DNA from: Vannella sp.
Taxonomy: Eukaryota
DNA length: 33,920 bases
Assembly (NCBI GenBank): GCA_023345925.1
Contig: JAJQQN010000617.1
Span: 1-33,920 of the forward strand
Direction of reading: 5' to 3'
Below, one piece after another: positions 20,543 to 32,523 of this stretch. Every line of letters starts with the position of its first letter. Position 1 is the stretch's first letter. The notes under the pieces are model-generated. The model saw only the letters and a list, made by a program, of their open reading frames with translations. It was not told the origin of the DNA and did no database searches. The position numbers and the translations under genes were made by a program.

Positions 20543-23034
20543 TTACTGGTGAGCCACTTGCGAGAGGACAGCGTCGAGAGTGTGCTCTCCGTAAAGCACA
20601 AAGTCGCGAAAGATGCGGATCTTCTCGGAAAGGAGGAATCCGGGTGGTAAAAGGACGCGGTAGTGCTCTAATAGTTGGTCTACACGAGTAGTAAGTCGTA
20701 GCTTTTGCATCTTGCGGTGGGGGGCTTCCGTCTGGACGGGCTCCGTGGTGGGACGCATCGAGTCGAGTTCGAAGAGCGTTGAGGGACACCAGATGCCTTG
20801 GTCGCCAGGGTGGATGCCTTCATGATTAAAGGGCAACACTACGGGGGCTTGGTTTGTATGCACCGCATGTAGGCGATTGTTGAGCCGCGCAAGTTCGTTG
20901 TGGAGAGGCAAAGTGGCCTGTTGGACAGCTTCCTGAATGCGTTCTTGTTGTCGCTGGTGTTCTTCCTCCACGTCGTCCTCGGAAAGAGGGGCTTGGGAGT
21001 ATCTGTGAGATTGCTCTTCTTCCAACTCAAAGATATCTTCCTTTTCCTCGTCCCCGCTGGGAATCACTCCGCGAGGAAGATGGAACGGAGGCGTTTCCAC
21101 AATGGCCCGGAAGCCGTCATCATCTTCGGGGAGTAGAGCGGCCTTGTGCAGGCCGAGACTCCCTCGCAGCTGGGAACTGCTATCAGAATGGGCCATTTTC
21201 ATCTTCACGGGTGCACGTGACCGTGAAAGCCCAGCCGCGCGGGAGTTGCTCCTTTCAATAGGAGAGAGAGTCGGGTTCGTGTGCAAACGTACCGATCCCG
21301 TAGCGTTGGTAGAGCCGGAATGGGGGGTACTTCCGGCCAACTTCTTCTTGCGTTGGGTAGCAAAGCGAGCATTTGGTTCGGGTGGAGAGGGACCGTTACC
21401 TGCAAAGAGGTTACGGAGTGACCTGAACTTTGGTTTCTTGCCAATGTCAATTGTTATCGGTTTCATGGGCGCGTCCAACTCCTGGAAGATGATGGGATCT
21501 TTCGATTCAAGCTGGTAAGACGTAAGAAGCTCATCGTCTGCCATTATCTTGTGGTTGGGCTCGCCTTCTTCGTGAGGGAGAAGCAAAGCGTATCCTTCAT
21601 CGGAGCCCTTCGGCAGTCGGAGATGGGCGCAAACATATTGTTTTGCTTCCAACACAGTCCAAGAGCGGTCAAACGCAAGGAAAACAAACCTCCGTGGCGA
21701 GTTCTCATGGTGGAAGAGAACCCGAAGGGTCGTTTGGTTGGCGACATTGGCCTTTTGGTCTTGCAAGAACTGGGCGACCATTTCTTTGTCTTTCCTCTTC
21801 TGCTCCATCATGGACAAAGTGGGGTCACTACTGTTCCGCCTATGTTTTCGCTCTCGTAGGAGAATAGGCGAAGAAGGTGAATTTGTCACTTCAAGGCCAT
21901 TAGCCGCTGGGACAGGCACGGGAGTACTTTGAGGACCCACAATTGGCTTATAAGACTGTGGACGGCTATTAGACGACAATATCTCGCTCGACATGCCCGA
22001 TTGCCTCATAATGACGTTCTGCCGGAAGGGGCCGGGAATGCGGTCTCCCGGTGCGCCAGTGCGCAGCAACGAAGTGATCTTACTTTGGAGGATTTTGCGC
22101 TCGATTCCGTCAATGTTCAAGTGCAGACTGAGTCCGTTCATGACAACATCCACTGGTGCTCGGCCCTCAAAGTCTTTGAGGGTTTTGGAAGCTCCGCTGG
22201 CGGTGAGGATCGTGCAGATCTCCCAAGCTCCGTAGAACGCTGCCACATGAAGGGGCGTGGCGCCTTTTCGGTCCAGAGCGTTGACATCAGCTCCTATGCG
22301 GATCAGTTGGGTGACTATGTTGCTGTTGTTCTTGCGGAACGCGCCGCGGTCCACGCTACAGAGGTGGAGAGCCGTCTGTCCCTCCTTTGTACGCGTCTCA
22401 GGATCGATAGGGATGACGGTGAACTTGCCATCCTTGCGCTGGCGCACCGCCGCCTCCTCTTGGACCTCCAGCACCGCCATCAAGCACCTGTACGACCCAT
22501 TTCGGCTCATAGCGTGGACGGGAGAGAGCCCATTCACACTCTCGCAAAGGTTAGGATCTGCTCCATGCTGGATGAGGAACTTGGCCATGTCCACGTGGTT
22601 GAACTTGACCGCCAAGTGCAACGGCGTCTTCGGGGAGGTCAGAAGGCGCCTTCTTGGTCAAGAAACCAACGTACCTCTCCTATTCTGTTCGTCAGGTTCA
22701 CAGGGCATCCCGCAAAGATCAGCTGGAAGGCACAGATGCTGTGCCCGTACTGAGCGGCCTTGTGGAGGGCCGTGTTGAGTTGGTCGAGCTTCTGAAAGAG
22801 AAGGTCTTCTGCTGCCATCTCTCCTTCCAAAAGCTTCTGCAAGAGCTTGTCTTGGCCGTGACGAGCAGCGTAGTAAATCTCCTCCCCAGCACCACGGCTC
22901 CGTTTCTTATCAAAGATGGACCGCAGCGTTCCCAAACGGAGGTTCGACCGGCCCAGGATCATGTTCTCTTCCATCATAATCTCTTCCAACGCCTCTCCCG
23001 TGGCAGAACGGGCTCTCCTGTGATGGCCAGGCAT
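20543..23034 (-). CDS. Ankyrin-repeat protein with a central ubiquitin-like (RA/FERM-F0-like) domain; intron 22628-22674
   Basis: Ankyrin motifs NTALHKAA, GETPLHLA, GQTALHL, GATPLHVA; Ub-like FLAFDRSWTVLEAKQYVCAHL..GYALLL..LLTSYQLESKDPIIF. Start may be 22977. Confidence 0.8.
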
Positions 23035-23148
23035 GACGAAGAGGGGAAGGTAACGAACAAATGATTGTGATTGGCCGAAAAAGCGGCTTTTCTTATCTTG
23101 TTGTCCCTTTTTGGGTTCTTTCAGAGAAGCTCATCATTGGCCCGTTGG

Positions 23149-23835
23149 TCAGCACTCCAAGTCGTGGACTGCTTCGGCTTCGATGTGGTAGAGCCAGTTA
23201 GTGGCGTCCTCCAGGTGGACTTGGCTAGACCAGAGGCTGATCTGGGCTTCCCAAGCGATGTCAGAAGGGTTGGTTTCGGGGAGGAAGTGAGAGTGGGGAA
23301 GCGAGATAGGAGAGATAGAAGAACTAGAAGCGAGGTGGTGGAGAACGGGGCCGCGCACTTCCTCTGCGATGAGATACTTTTGAGTGAGTTCCCTTCGAAA
23401 GGCCCCGTTCACCTCATCGAGCATTGCACCTTGTTCTGGCCATTAGAACTCTTCCCATACTCGTCATTGGTACTCACAAAGTCGAGGAAGAGGGAGTGTG
23501 GCGAAGAGGGGATGAGAGGAGTGCTGGTGAGGCTTCCCAGAGGCGGTAGTGTTACAAAGAAGGTCTTTTGATGCGTGGAAGCGCTTTGTGTTCTCTTCTA
23601 GTAACTCATAAATGTGCTTCAGACGTTCCAAATGCTTCAAAAAGCTCCTCCACACCTCCTGAAGAGCCTCTCGTTGCCTCTGCTTCACTTCCAAGTCCTC
23701 CCGAGGGCGAAGTAGCCTTCGACACTGATTGGCTATCTCTACAAGAGCATCCAAGCCCTGCGAATGCTGCTGCTCCCACCGTTCCCGCAAGGATGTGGAG
23801 AGTCCCAGGCTCTTCCGCCATCCGATGGCGTCCAT
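23149..23835 (-). CDS. CINP: CINP (CDK2-interacting protein; AFG2/SPATA5 complex cofactor)-like; intron 23430-23477
   Basis: RWEQQHSQGLDALVEIAN, HPLFATLP, FRRELTQKYLIAEE and ISLWSSQVHLE parallel human CINP motifs as I recall them (KWE..G...NIAN, PLFHTWP, YRKELLLK, LSMWLHQPYVE). A tiny extra 5' exon near 23897 is possible. Confidence 0.65.
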
Positions 23836-23921
23836 CTCTCTCTTCTCTCTCCTTCCCCGCAAATGAGTCCCACAGTGAGGCCCCTTTACTCCTTCATTTC
23901 CAAATGGAGGGCACGGGAGGG

Positions 23922-26235
23922 TTAACAGTCCAGATCGATGAGTTTCTGGTTCTCCTCTTGAAGATCGAGAACTTCTTGTTGGAAGCGGAACACTTGAAGT
24001 TCCAGTTCCCTCACTTGTTCTGTTAACCTGAGAGAGAAAGGTCACTACAGGGAGGTAGAGGAAGTGAAGGAGTCTTACAGGTTCTCTTTCAGTAAGAGAG
24101 TCTCCACCATCTTCTCCGGATCGTCCGGTTCCAAAAGGAAGGCAGAGCAGGTTAGTTTCTTAGTCGCTACGGAGCGGAGGGGTCGCACAGAAAGCACCTC
24201 GGAGATCATGGGCGCATCGGGCTCAAATTCAAAAGCGACGGTTTGGAAACGCACGACGTCCGCCAGCACCTCCGCCAAACGCATTCTCTTTTGAAAGTGA
24301 ATGAGCCCATCTTTTAGGTCTTCCATCTCTTGCTCTGTTTTCGCCATATCTGCTAAAAATAACCCCACAAAGGGCACGCACGGAGGAGTGCAAGCTCGGA
24401 TAGCTTTCCGGTACTGAACGTACTGTTCGTCCATCGAGTAGAACTCGGAGAGAGATTGGAGTATCTCTTGGTCTTCTGTGGGAAGCCTCTGTTACGAATG
24501 AGTATTCTGAGGCCTTATTTCGCGTGCATCGTACCTCCCAAGTACGCTTGAGACGAGTAATGCTTGTGCTGGCCAGTCCAAACAAGATAGCGCGCGCTGC
24601 GAAGAAGTTTTGGATCTTCGTAAGGATCGACGCAAGCTTGATGGTGGCAGAGAGCACGCGGACTCTCTCTCTAATAGCGATTTGATGAATGATTTGGCAG
24701 GTGGTCCAACTGATGAGACTATCAAATCTCTTCTCCAAGAGCAGGAGATTGGGGGAATCCACTCGGCGAGTGGGACTGGCCCACCGTTGGAAGAGTAACT
24801 CTTCATTCTTGATGCGGCAATAGAGTGCGTGATCCAGCAGAGTCATCTGCTCGGCCAAATGGGTCAAATCATGGGTCAGAAAGTAGTCGATTAAAGAGGA
24901 AGGCAATTCCTCTGATGGCTGGCACTCAAAAACTCCACTCTGACCAACAATCTCATCCACTGGAAGGTAGTGAAGACGCTTGTTGGAATGCAGAAGGGTG
25001 TGAGTGAGTGACTTGTGGGTGGAAGGATAGACCAGCTTGATTTCATCCAAAAGCAATTCCAGTTTCAGACGAGTGGCAACCACGTCACAACGGTAAGAGA
25101 ACTGCTCCGTCCATAGTTTAAGAAAGTTCAAAACTCGCAGTTGAATGGACTTCTGCTCCCGATCCGCTGATAATCTCAATTCCTCATCGTACGTTTCACA
25201 ATCCCCTCCTGGACGATATCTCCATCTGTCCCGTAGCAGACAAAGAAGAGTCAGATCATCCACAAAGGTGGGATATGTCAGGAGGAAAGTGTCTCGAAGA
25301 CTCGTTTCTGTGTGGGAGAGAAGTAAGACCTCCGCTCCAATCGAGAGTCTCTTACTTACCCACCACACTGGCACTGGTGAGTTGCGTGATAAGCGTTTCA
25401 ATGGAAGCAGCCACACAGAGCTTATTTCCTTCTTCATCTATTTCGTACAAAGCCGTGGAGATCTCATCGTTGGTGGCCACCAAACCCGTCTTCTTGGAAT
25501 TGACTTTCTGTGAGATGTCAGAGGATACGAGTACTAGCCCTGACCACACGTACTTGCCAATCTAATGCGTCGTCAAAGTCTTTGGGATCAATTATCCCTG
25601 CAAGAACGTCAACAGCCATCCGCAAATTGCTTTCGGTCAGCTTCTCCTGGACTCCACAAAGAAGTTCCTCTTCCTACCAGGGTTAAGACAGACCCTAAAA
25701 GAGAGCTGTATCCTACTTTCACCTGGAACTGGATGTTCGTGCACTCGCTGGTAAAGTCCAGAGGAGTGGGGCTTGCTGGGGAGACCTCTTGAGCCTGAAG
25801 GAGCCCCAGCTCGAGAAGCTTCTCGAAGCTGAGGTTCAGCATTTGGTTCTGTTGACTCTGAGAAGCTCCCAAAGGGAAAGAGATGTGAAGAGAGATCCAT
25901 TCAGAGAGCTCGGCACCTAAGCAGAGTGAGATGAGCGATTAAGCGCCCAAAGATGTCTTGCCTGAGAAACAAAGCTTCTTAGTCTTGTAGCGCGAGAACG
26001 TTCCTATCTCTTTCAGCTTCTGATCACCTGCTGGCTGGCTGCAAAGCCCCAAAATCACAATGCGCCCGGCCTCCCCCAAGGTGACGGTCGCCTGCGGCTT
26101 AACCAACACGCACAGCCGTGTAGAGGCTACCCATGTTCAGCAAGGCGCTCCCCGCCCTTCTCTCATGGCCTTACATGCGGAAGGATGGCCCGAATGATCC
26201 TGAGTCCACCATTCCAAGGGCGCCTCCCCTTTCAT
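23922..26235 (-). CDS. RasGEF with DEP, REM and CDC25 domains and a C-terminal coiled coil; 7 introns including 26127-26174, GC-AG 25917-25961 and 24028-24078
   Basis: DEP KLCFSGAELSEWI; REM AASIETLITQL..TFLLTYPTF..IQLRVLNFLKLW; CDC25 LAEQMTLLD, IQNFFAARAILFGL, PPCVPFVGLFLAD, GLIHFQKR. Confidence 0.85.
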
Positions 26236-26277
26236 CCCTACCCGCCTCCAAACAATGAAATGAGCCTCTTCTGGATG

Positions 26278-27954
26278 CTAAAAGACCTTCTCTTTGGTTC
26301 CCAAGGAGCTGCGGAGAGAGTTCTCCTCTTTCAACTCATCGACTTGCTGTTCGCATCGTTCAACTTGGAGCTGGAGCTCCCTTATCTCCTCCTTTAGGCT
26401 ACCAGAGAGTCAAAGAGAGGAACAAAAGCCATTGAGTACTTACAGGGTCTCCGTTAGAAGCAGCTGCTCGACTTCCTTCTCCGGATCTTCCGGTTCCAAG
26501 TGCCATAAGTCAAACTCTGCCAGTTGTACGGTAAACTGGGGGTTCAGCGACTGGACTGAAAGGAGTTCTGTGAGCACCTTAACATCAGGAAGGAATGGGA
26601 AAGGAAGAGTCTGGAACCGTTGAACCTGAAGCAGCGGTTTGGCCAATCTAGTCCTCTTCTCGAAGTGAATGAGCCCCTCTATTTGGTCTTCAAGGGTTTG
26701 TTCCGCTTCTGTTAGGTCTGCAAGGAGCATTCTCAAGTAAGGGACTCCTGGAGGACTTGCTAAACGCACAGCCTTCCGATAATTGGGATAATTCCCACCA
26801 ATGTAAAATAGGGCAGATAGCTCTTCAAACTGCGCCTGATCCTCCTCACTGAGCATCTAAGAAAGACGTTGAGTCGAATTGAGATAAAAATGTACCAGCT
26901 TACCCCCCAGGTACGTTGGAGTCGAGAAATAGTGGAACTTGTGAGCGCAAACACGATGGCCCTTGCCGAGAAAAAGTTGTGCATTTCGATTAGCGCTGTT
27001 GCTAACCTGATTGATGCTGCTAATGCACTGATTCTAGGTTTCAGCTGGATTTGACTCGCGACTTGGCAAGTGGCCCAAGTGACGAGACTGTCAAATCGCT
27101 TCTCCAAGATATGTACGTTTGGTGAATCCACTCGGCGCCACTCCTGAGTCCATCTGAGAAAAAGAAGCTCTTCGTTCTTGATACGACAGAAGAAGGTGTG
27201 GTCTAGCAGTGTTATCTGTTGTGCCAGAGGGAGCGTTGGTTGAGTCTGGAAGTAGTTCAAGGGAAGGAATGTGGAGTCTGGTGGTCTGGAATGAGGACAA
27301 AGACGTGATTCTATCAGATCTTCTACTATTGGATACCATTTTGGGGGAGAATACACCCTCAGGAACCGTGTTATTGCTTCAGCACCGTGGGGAAATATCA
27401 ATTCTATGTCCTTCAGTAAGCTGGAAACCGCTTCTTGGGTTTCTGAATGACAGAGATACGGATACTGTTCTATCCAGAGCTTAAGGAACCCCAGCACTCG
27501 AAATCGAACTCCTTTCTTCTCGTCCCCAGTTTCCAAGACAGTTTCTTCGAGAACTTCGCCATCTCCATCTCTCCACCTGAAAGACCGATCATTAGGTCCC
27601 ATGTATCACACGGATCAGAGGAAGGCACCTTTCGTGGAGCATCCGAATCAAGGTGAGCTCATCCATGATGGTGGGAAAGGTCACGAGGAACGTGTTACGA
27701 AGCGACGTGTCTGGAAGCCGTGAGAACAATCAACGCAAAACCGTACGCCTCTCACCTAGGGTCTCAACATCAGTAAGAAGGGCAACAAGCCTTCCAAGAG
27801 GAAGCAAAATGTAACGGCGGCGGTCACCAGCCAGTAAGGCAACAACAGTTCCGTCTTCGTGATCGAAGATCATCCCTTTCTGCTTGCTGCGGATCCTGGA
27901 CGACAGAGTGAGCCCTCTGACCCGTCCGCTCGCTCGTAGTTCCACTTCTCCCAT
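26278..27954 (-). CDS. RasGEF (REM, CDC25, coiled coil), tandem paralog without DEP; 4 introns
   Basis: TSLRNTFLVTFPT, RVLGFLKLW, LAQQITLLD, MHNFFSARAIVFAL, PPGVPYL, GLIHFEKR; last exon LKEEIRELQLQVER. Confidence 0.85.
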
Positions 27955-28001
27955 CGCAGGTCAGAGGAAGTGACCAAGGAGCTTTCAAGTGGATCGACAC
28001 C

Positions 28002-28044
28002 AATGGTTATGATAGATTACCCACTCATTGGTATCATAACCATT
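28002..28044. repeat. Perfect 13-bp inverted repeat with a 17-nt loop (aatggttatgata / tatcataaccatt)
   Basis: Arms at 28002-28014 and 28032-28044, intergenic. Confidence 0.8.
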
Positions 28045-28156
28045 ACCTAAAATGATTGTCAAATAATGTTTGGACGGAGCACCCAAAAAATGTCCACAGA
28101 ATTAGTCTCGTTGGGACGGTGGTCACTTTTTAATCTGAAGACAAAAAGAACGGAAA

Positions 28157-31086
28157 CTAATTGTACGACTTGTTCAGGAAAGTGTGCAATTGTTGTCCTC
28201 CTTTCATTCCGAGCAGTTCGGTCAGTTTGGTTTTGGACATTTTGCTCAACTCGTGAATGTTGTCCACTTGGTCAATAACCTTCGAGATGTTGAAGGGAGT
28301 GATGCCGGGTAGTCTCCGCAGAAACTCCACAGGATCAGTGTCCGTAGATGCGTCAAATTCCTTTTCGTCAGGCACTGGTTGTTGCTCTCCTGTCTTAAGC
28401 TCTTCAAACAGGATTGCCGTTCGTTTAGAGTCCCTAAATAGAGAGTCAGTGCGTTCTGGCGGACTCAGGTTGGTCGCACCTGGACCAAAGAATTCTTAGT
28501 TTGGGAAAGTGCATTACCAGAAGGCAGAGCCGAGATATAATGTGACTTTGCTCGACTCCATCGGGTAAGGAAGAGCGATCGATCAATCCAAAGCTCTTTC
28601 CCGCAGCAAATTCAATCAGAAGCATTGGGGACTTGAATTGTCGGCACATGGACTCTGCCTGCTGATACAGTCTCCCACTTTGAAAAGATGAAATGAGATC
28701 GCTCACACTCTTTCGCTCGATGCATACGTCTGGGGTTAATATATAGTCTCCCACTTCGAGCGTTATCGGTTGCACGTTGAATCCCTGCCAGAGACCAGTT
28801 AGTTTTGAGTGGTACATGCATATTGCTTTGTACCTTGAAGTAGAGGCTGGAAGGGAGTCTAGAACGGAATTCTCGGGCATCCACAAGAATAGTTCCAAGA
28901 TCTCTCTGTTGTTCAACGGTTGGAGGCTCGCGGATAATCAATGACTGGATCAATTTAGTCTCTAATTGCAATAAAGAGGCTTACCTTTCGGCTCTCAACT
29001 AAGGAGTTCATGGCCTTTCTATCTTTGTCCACGTAGCTCGAATACTGCTGCTCCTCCACTCCTTCGTAGCAAAGGAGAAAGACTTGAACCTTTTCCTTGG
29101 GTTTCGAAGCCTGATAGACCTCAATCTGTCGAATAAGGCCAATACAGGGGTCATACATCACAATAAACCGAGGAGAGATCTCCGTTATTGTGCGAGGATC
29201 TCCATAAGGGCGGATAATCACTTTGGGGGCTTCCACCAGAGCGAAACCTGCGAACGGTTCGGCTTCAGGCTCTGATTTGGGATTCATTTTGATTGGGGAA
29301 TCCTGAACATCTTGGCCATCCAGTGAGGTTGAAGAATCTTCAAGAACGAATGAGGAAAGCTCAGATGCCTGGGAATTACTCTCTGATTGAGAAGCTCCAT
29401 CAGATAGATTTGATGATTCTTCCACGCTTTCTGGATCAATCTCCTGAGAACTGAGGTCTCCCTTTGCCTTTTTTTCTCCGAGCATTTCAATGATTGACCT
29501 CTGAGATGAACTTTTTCTTTTCCCAGTGGATTGCTTTCCCTGAGCTGGAGCCATTTTAGTTGGGCCAGCCCTCAAATAATCCTTCTTTCGAATGTAATTA
29601 TTCCATCTCCTTGTCAGCAGCTCCTTTCCACCAACGACGAGGTACTCTTGAAGGAGCCGGGCCGTGGGGATATCTTTGGTTATCACAAGAACGGGACTTT
29701 GTTGATTTGAGCCAGTCTTGGAGAAGATCTCGTTCAAAACTTGACGGAGAATAGCCCACTTCGGGTTCTCCTCCAGCACCATGGAATGTGTTCTCTTTTG
29801 AACCGTATCTCCCCCTGAAGTCCTCCTTTTCTTGTTATCCACCATAAGGACTCTCTCTTTTGCAAGGGAAAACATTCTCTTGCACGCTGTAGAAAAAAGC
29901 CAGTCTGAATGCTCTCCCAGCTCATTGGCTCGCATCCACTCGAGGGATCGATAAAAGCTGACACAATCCATCACCAGCTGTCCTATGCATGAGAGAAATA
30001 TCCAAATCTGCTTCAATACCAACCAGATTCGATCCAACAGCTCGCAAGGACTTCAGGTCCCGAACAAGTTGCTTCGTTTTAGCGTTAACTGTCGTCCAAA
30101 CAGGCTCCAACTGCCTCATGACTATCTCATCGAATTGCTTGAGGAGGGCATTCTCGAGAGTGAGATCGGTGTGGTCAAGCTAACCCAACCAAGTTACTCT
30201 CATTTTCGGTTCAGGGGCATTCCTACCTGACGGTTGAAAGCCTTTAACTCTGTTAAGCAGTCTCCGATCAATTTCACCACAAGGTCCTGGATCTTCTTCA
30301 TCCTGGGAAAGAGAAGAACACTTCTCTCGGAAACAGAAGGGAGCTTTTTGTCAAGAGTTTTGACGACTTCCTCATGAACTCTTGGCCACAAGTACAAGTG
30401 CCTTACCCACAAGGTTTGCATTGCGTACTCAATCTGATTGAATGAACCTGTCAATCGAGCGGGATATTGAGTGAAGGCTCGAATGAACCCTTCCTATTCC
30501 GAAGTGTTTGAAGCAGCACTAAGTATCTGCTCCAACTAAGAACTTACCTGATTGGCTTGCCGGAAGAGAGAGAGGATGAAGTGTTCCTGCGACCCTTCCG
30601 AAACCCTTCATCTGGGGATTGAGTGTCTGAAGAGGTCGAGTCAAGAGGGTGAACTGACCGGTGGGCGTCATTGATAAGGAATCCTGCGATGCAGTGAGGA
30701 CGAAGCCTTTTGCGTAGCAAGTCCATCACAAGCACGGTTGAACTAACAAAGACCAATCCCCCTTCTTGATAGATCTTTGATCTAACACCAATGATCACCA
30801 CTGGATACTCAACAGAAGGTGTGAGATTCTCTCACCTTTCCTCTGACGTGCTATCAACGATAATGGAGGGCAATCTGGTCACTCCCTCCGCCTGCAACTC
30901 ACAGCGAACCTGGACCTGGCGCTCCTGCTCCAGCTGGAGCACGAACACCAGCTTCTTCTCGCCAGAATACAACATCATGAACCGCATAAGGATCTCCTCC
31001 AAACCCAGACCCTCCGCAATCACCAACAAAGTCTCTCTCTCCTGCAACAGCTGAGCTGCGATCTTCTTGTGGAACCGAGCCGACAT
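28157..31086 (-). CDS. ERCC4: DNA repair endonuclease XPF/Rad1; about 8 introns
   Basis: [75 protein letters not shown], Hh[10 protein letters not shown]. Confidence 0.93.
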
Positions 31087-31131
31087 CAAATAATAAGTTG
31101 CTTCAATAAAAGGGACTTTTTTGCTGACGGG

Positions 31132-32483
31132 ATGAGCAAGAAGGGGCAGAAGCCAGAGGCAAAGGTGCTGTTGGGGAGACCTGGCAACCACTTGAAGATG
31201 GGTATTGTTGGTCTGCCTAATGTCGGCAAGTCGACTATGTTCAATGTCCTCACCAACATGTCCATCCCTGCGGAGAACTTCCCTTTCTGCACCATCGACC
31301 CTAACGAGAGTCGCTGCGCTGTCCCTGATGACCGATTTGACCGACTTTGCCGCGACTTCAAGCCTGCCAAGGAAGTGCCTGCCTACCTTTCCGTATGTTA
31401 GCTGCGCATGGGACTCCTTTACTGAACCCTGAGCTTCCAGATCACCGACATCGCTGGACTCGTACGTAACGCGCATGGAGGAGAAGGGCTTGGCAATGCC
31501 TTCCTTTCCCACATTCGTGCAGTGGATGGTATCTTCCAATGCCTTCGAATCTTCGACAACGAGGAGATCATTCACGTTGAGGGTGAGGTCGACCCCATTC
31601 GCGACTTGGATATCATCCACGAAGAGCTTCGACTCAAAGATATCGAAACCGTCAAGACTCGCCTCGCTCCCTTGGCCAAAATCGCTGAGAAGGTCGACAA
31701 GACGAAGAAGGCTGAGGTGGTACGTGCTCTCCCTTTGCCTCTTTGGCGCGTGCGAGTCTTCATCAGCCTCTCACACCATTTTTCATGATTTATAGGACTT
31801 CTTGAAAACTCTCCTTGAGTTCCTTGAGTCTGGAAAGGACGTTCGCACTGGAGACTGGAAGGCTAGTGAAGTCGAGTTCATCAACCCCTTGTTCCTCCTC
31901 AGTGCCAAGCCCATTGTGTACTTGGTGAACATGTCTGAGGCTGACTTCATCCGGAAGAAGAACAAGTGGTTGGTCAAGATCAAGGCTTGGATTGACGAGC
32001 ACGCTCCCGGATCAAGCATTATCCCCTTCTGCGCCGAGATGGAGAAGGAAGCAGCTGCCATGGAGGCAGATTCTTCAAGAGATGAGTTCTGGGCCAGCAA
32101 GAAGTGCGTCTCTGCAGTCCCCAAGATCGTCAAGACCGGATACCATTGCCTGCACTTGATCCACTTCTTCACTTGTGGTCCTGATGAGGTCCGCTGCTGG
32201 ACTGTTCGGGTAAGTCCACTCCTACTCTCGATGCTCTTTGCTAAACGCGCGTTGGTAGGATGGTGACAAGGCTCCCGATGCTGCAGGAACTATCCACACT
32301 GACTTCCAGCGTGGCTTTATCTGTGCCGAGGTCTACTCCTACACTGACTTTGTGGAGCTTGGAAGTGAAAACGCAGTCAAAGCAGGGGGCAAGTACAAGC
32401 AACAAGGCAAGAACTACGTCGTCATTGATGGAGACATCATGTTCTTCAAGGCCAACACAGGAGGTGGACTGAAAAAGAAGTAA
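31132..32483 (+). CDS. OLA1: Obg-like ATPase OLA1/YchF; introns 31393-31440, 31720-31795, 32210-32258
   Basis: [56 protein letters not shown]. Confidence 0.96.
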
Positions 32484-32523
32484 ACGCGATAAACGCGATC
32501 TGAAGACCTTTATGTACATACCC

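Noticed and set aside
20522..20546. Possible 25-nt intron (GTAAGC..AAAG) that would fuse the ankyrin and LRR-SCP2 genes in frame
   Set aside because: Far below the 44-nt minimum seen here, and MKLT is a typical LRR-protein start; still testable by cDNA
31087..31620. 5' extension of the XPF ORF antisense to OLA1
   Set aside because: Antisense shadow of OLA1; XPF similarity begins at MSARFHKKI (31086)
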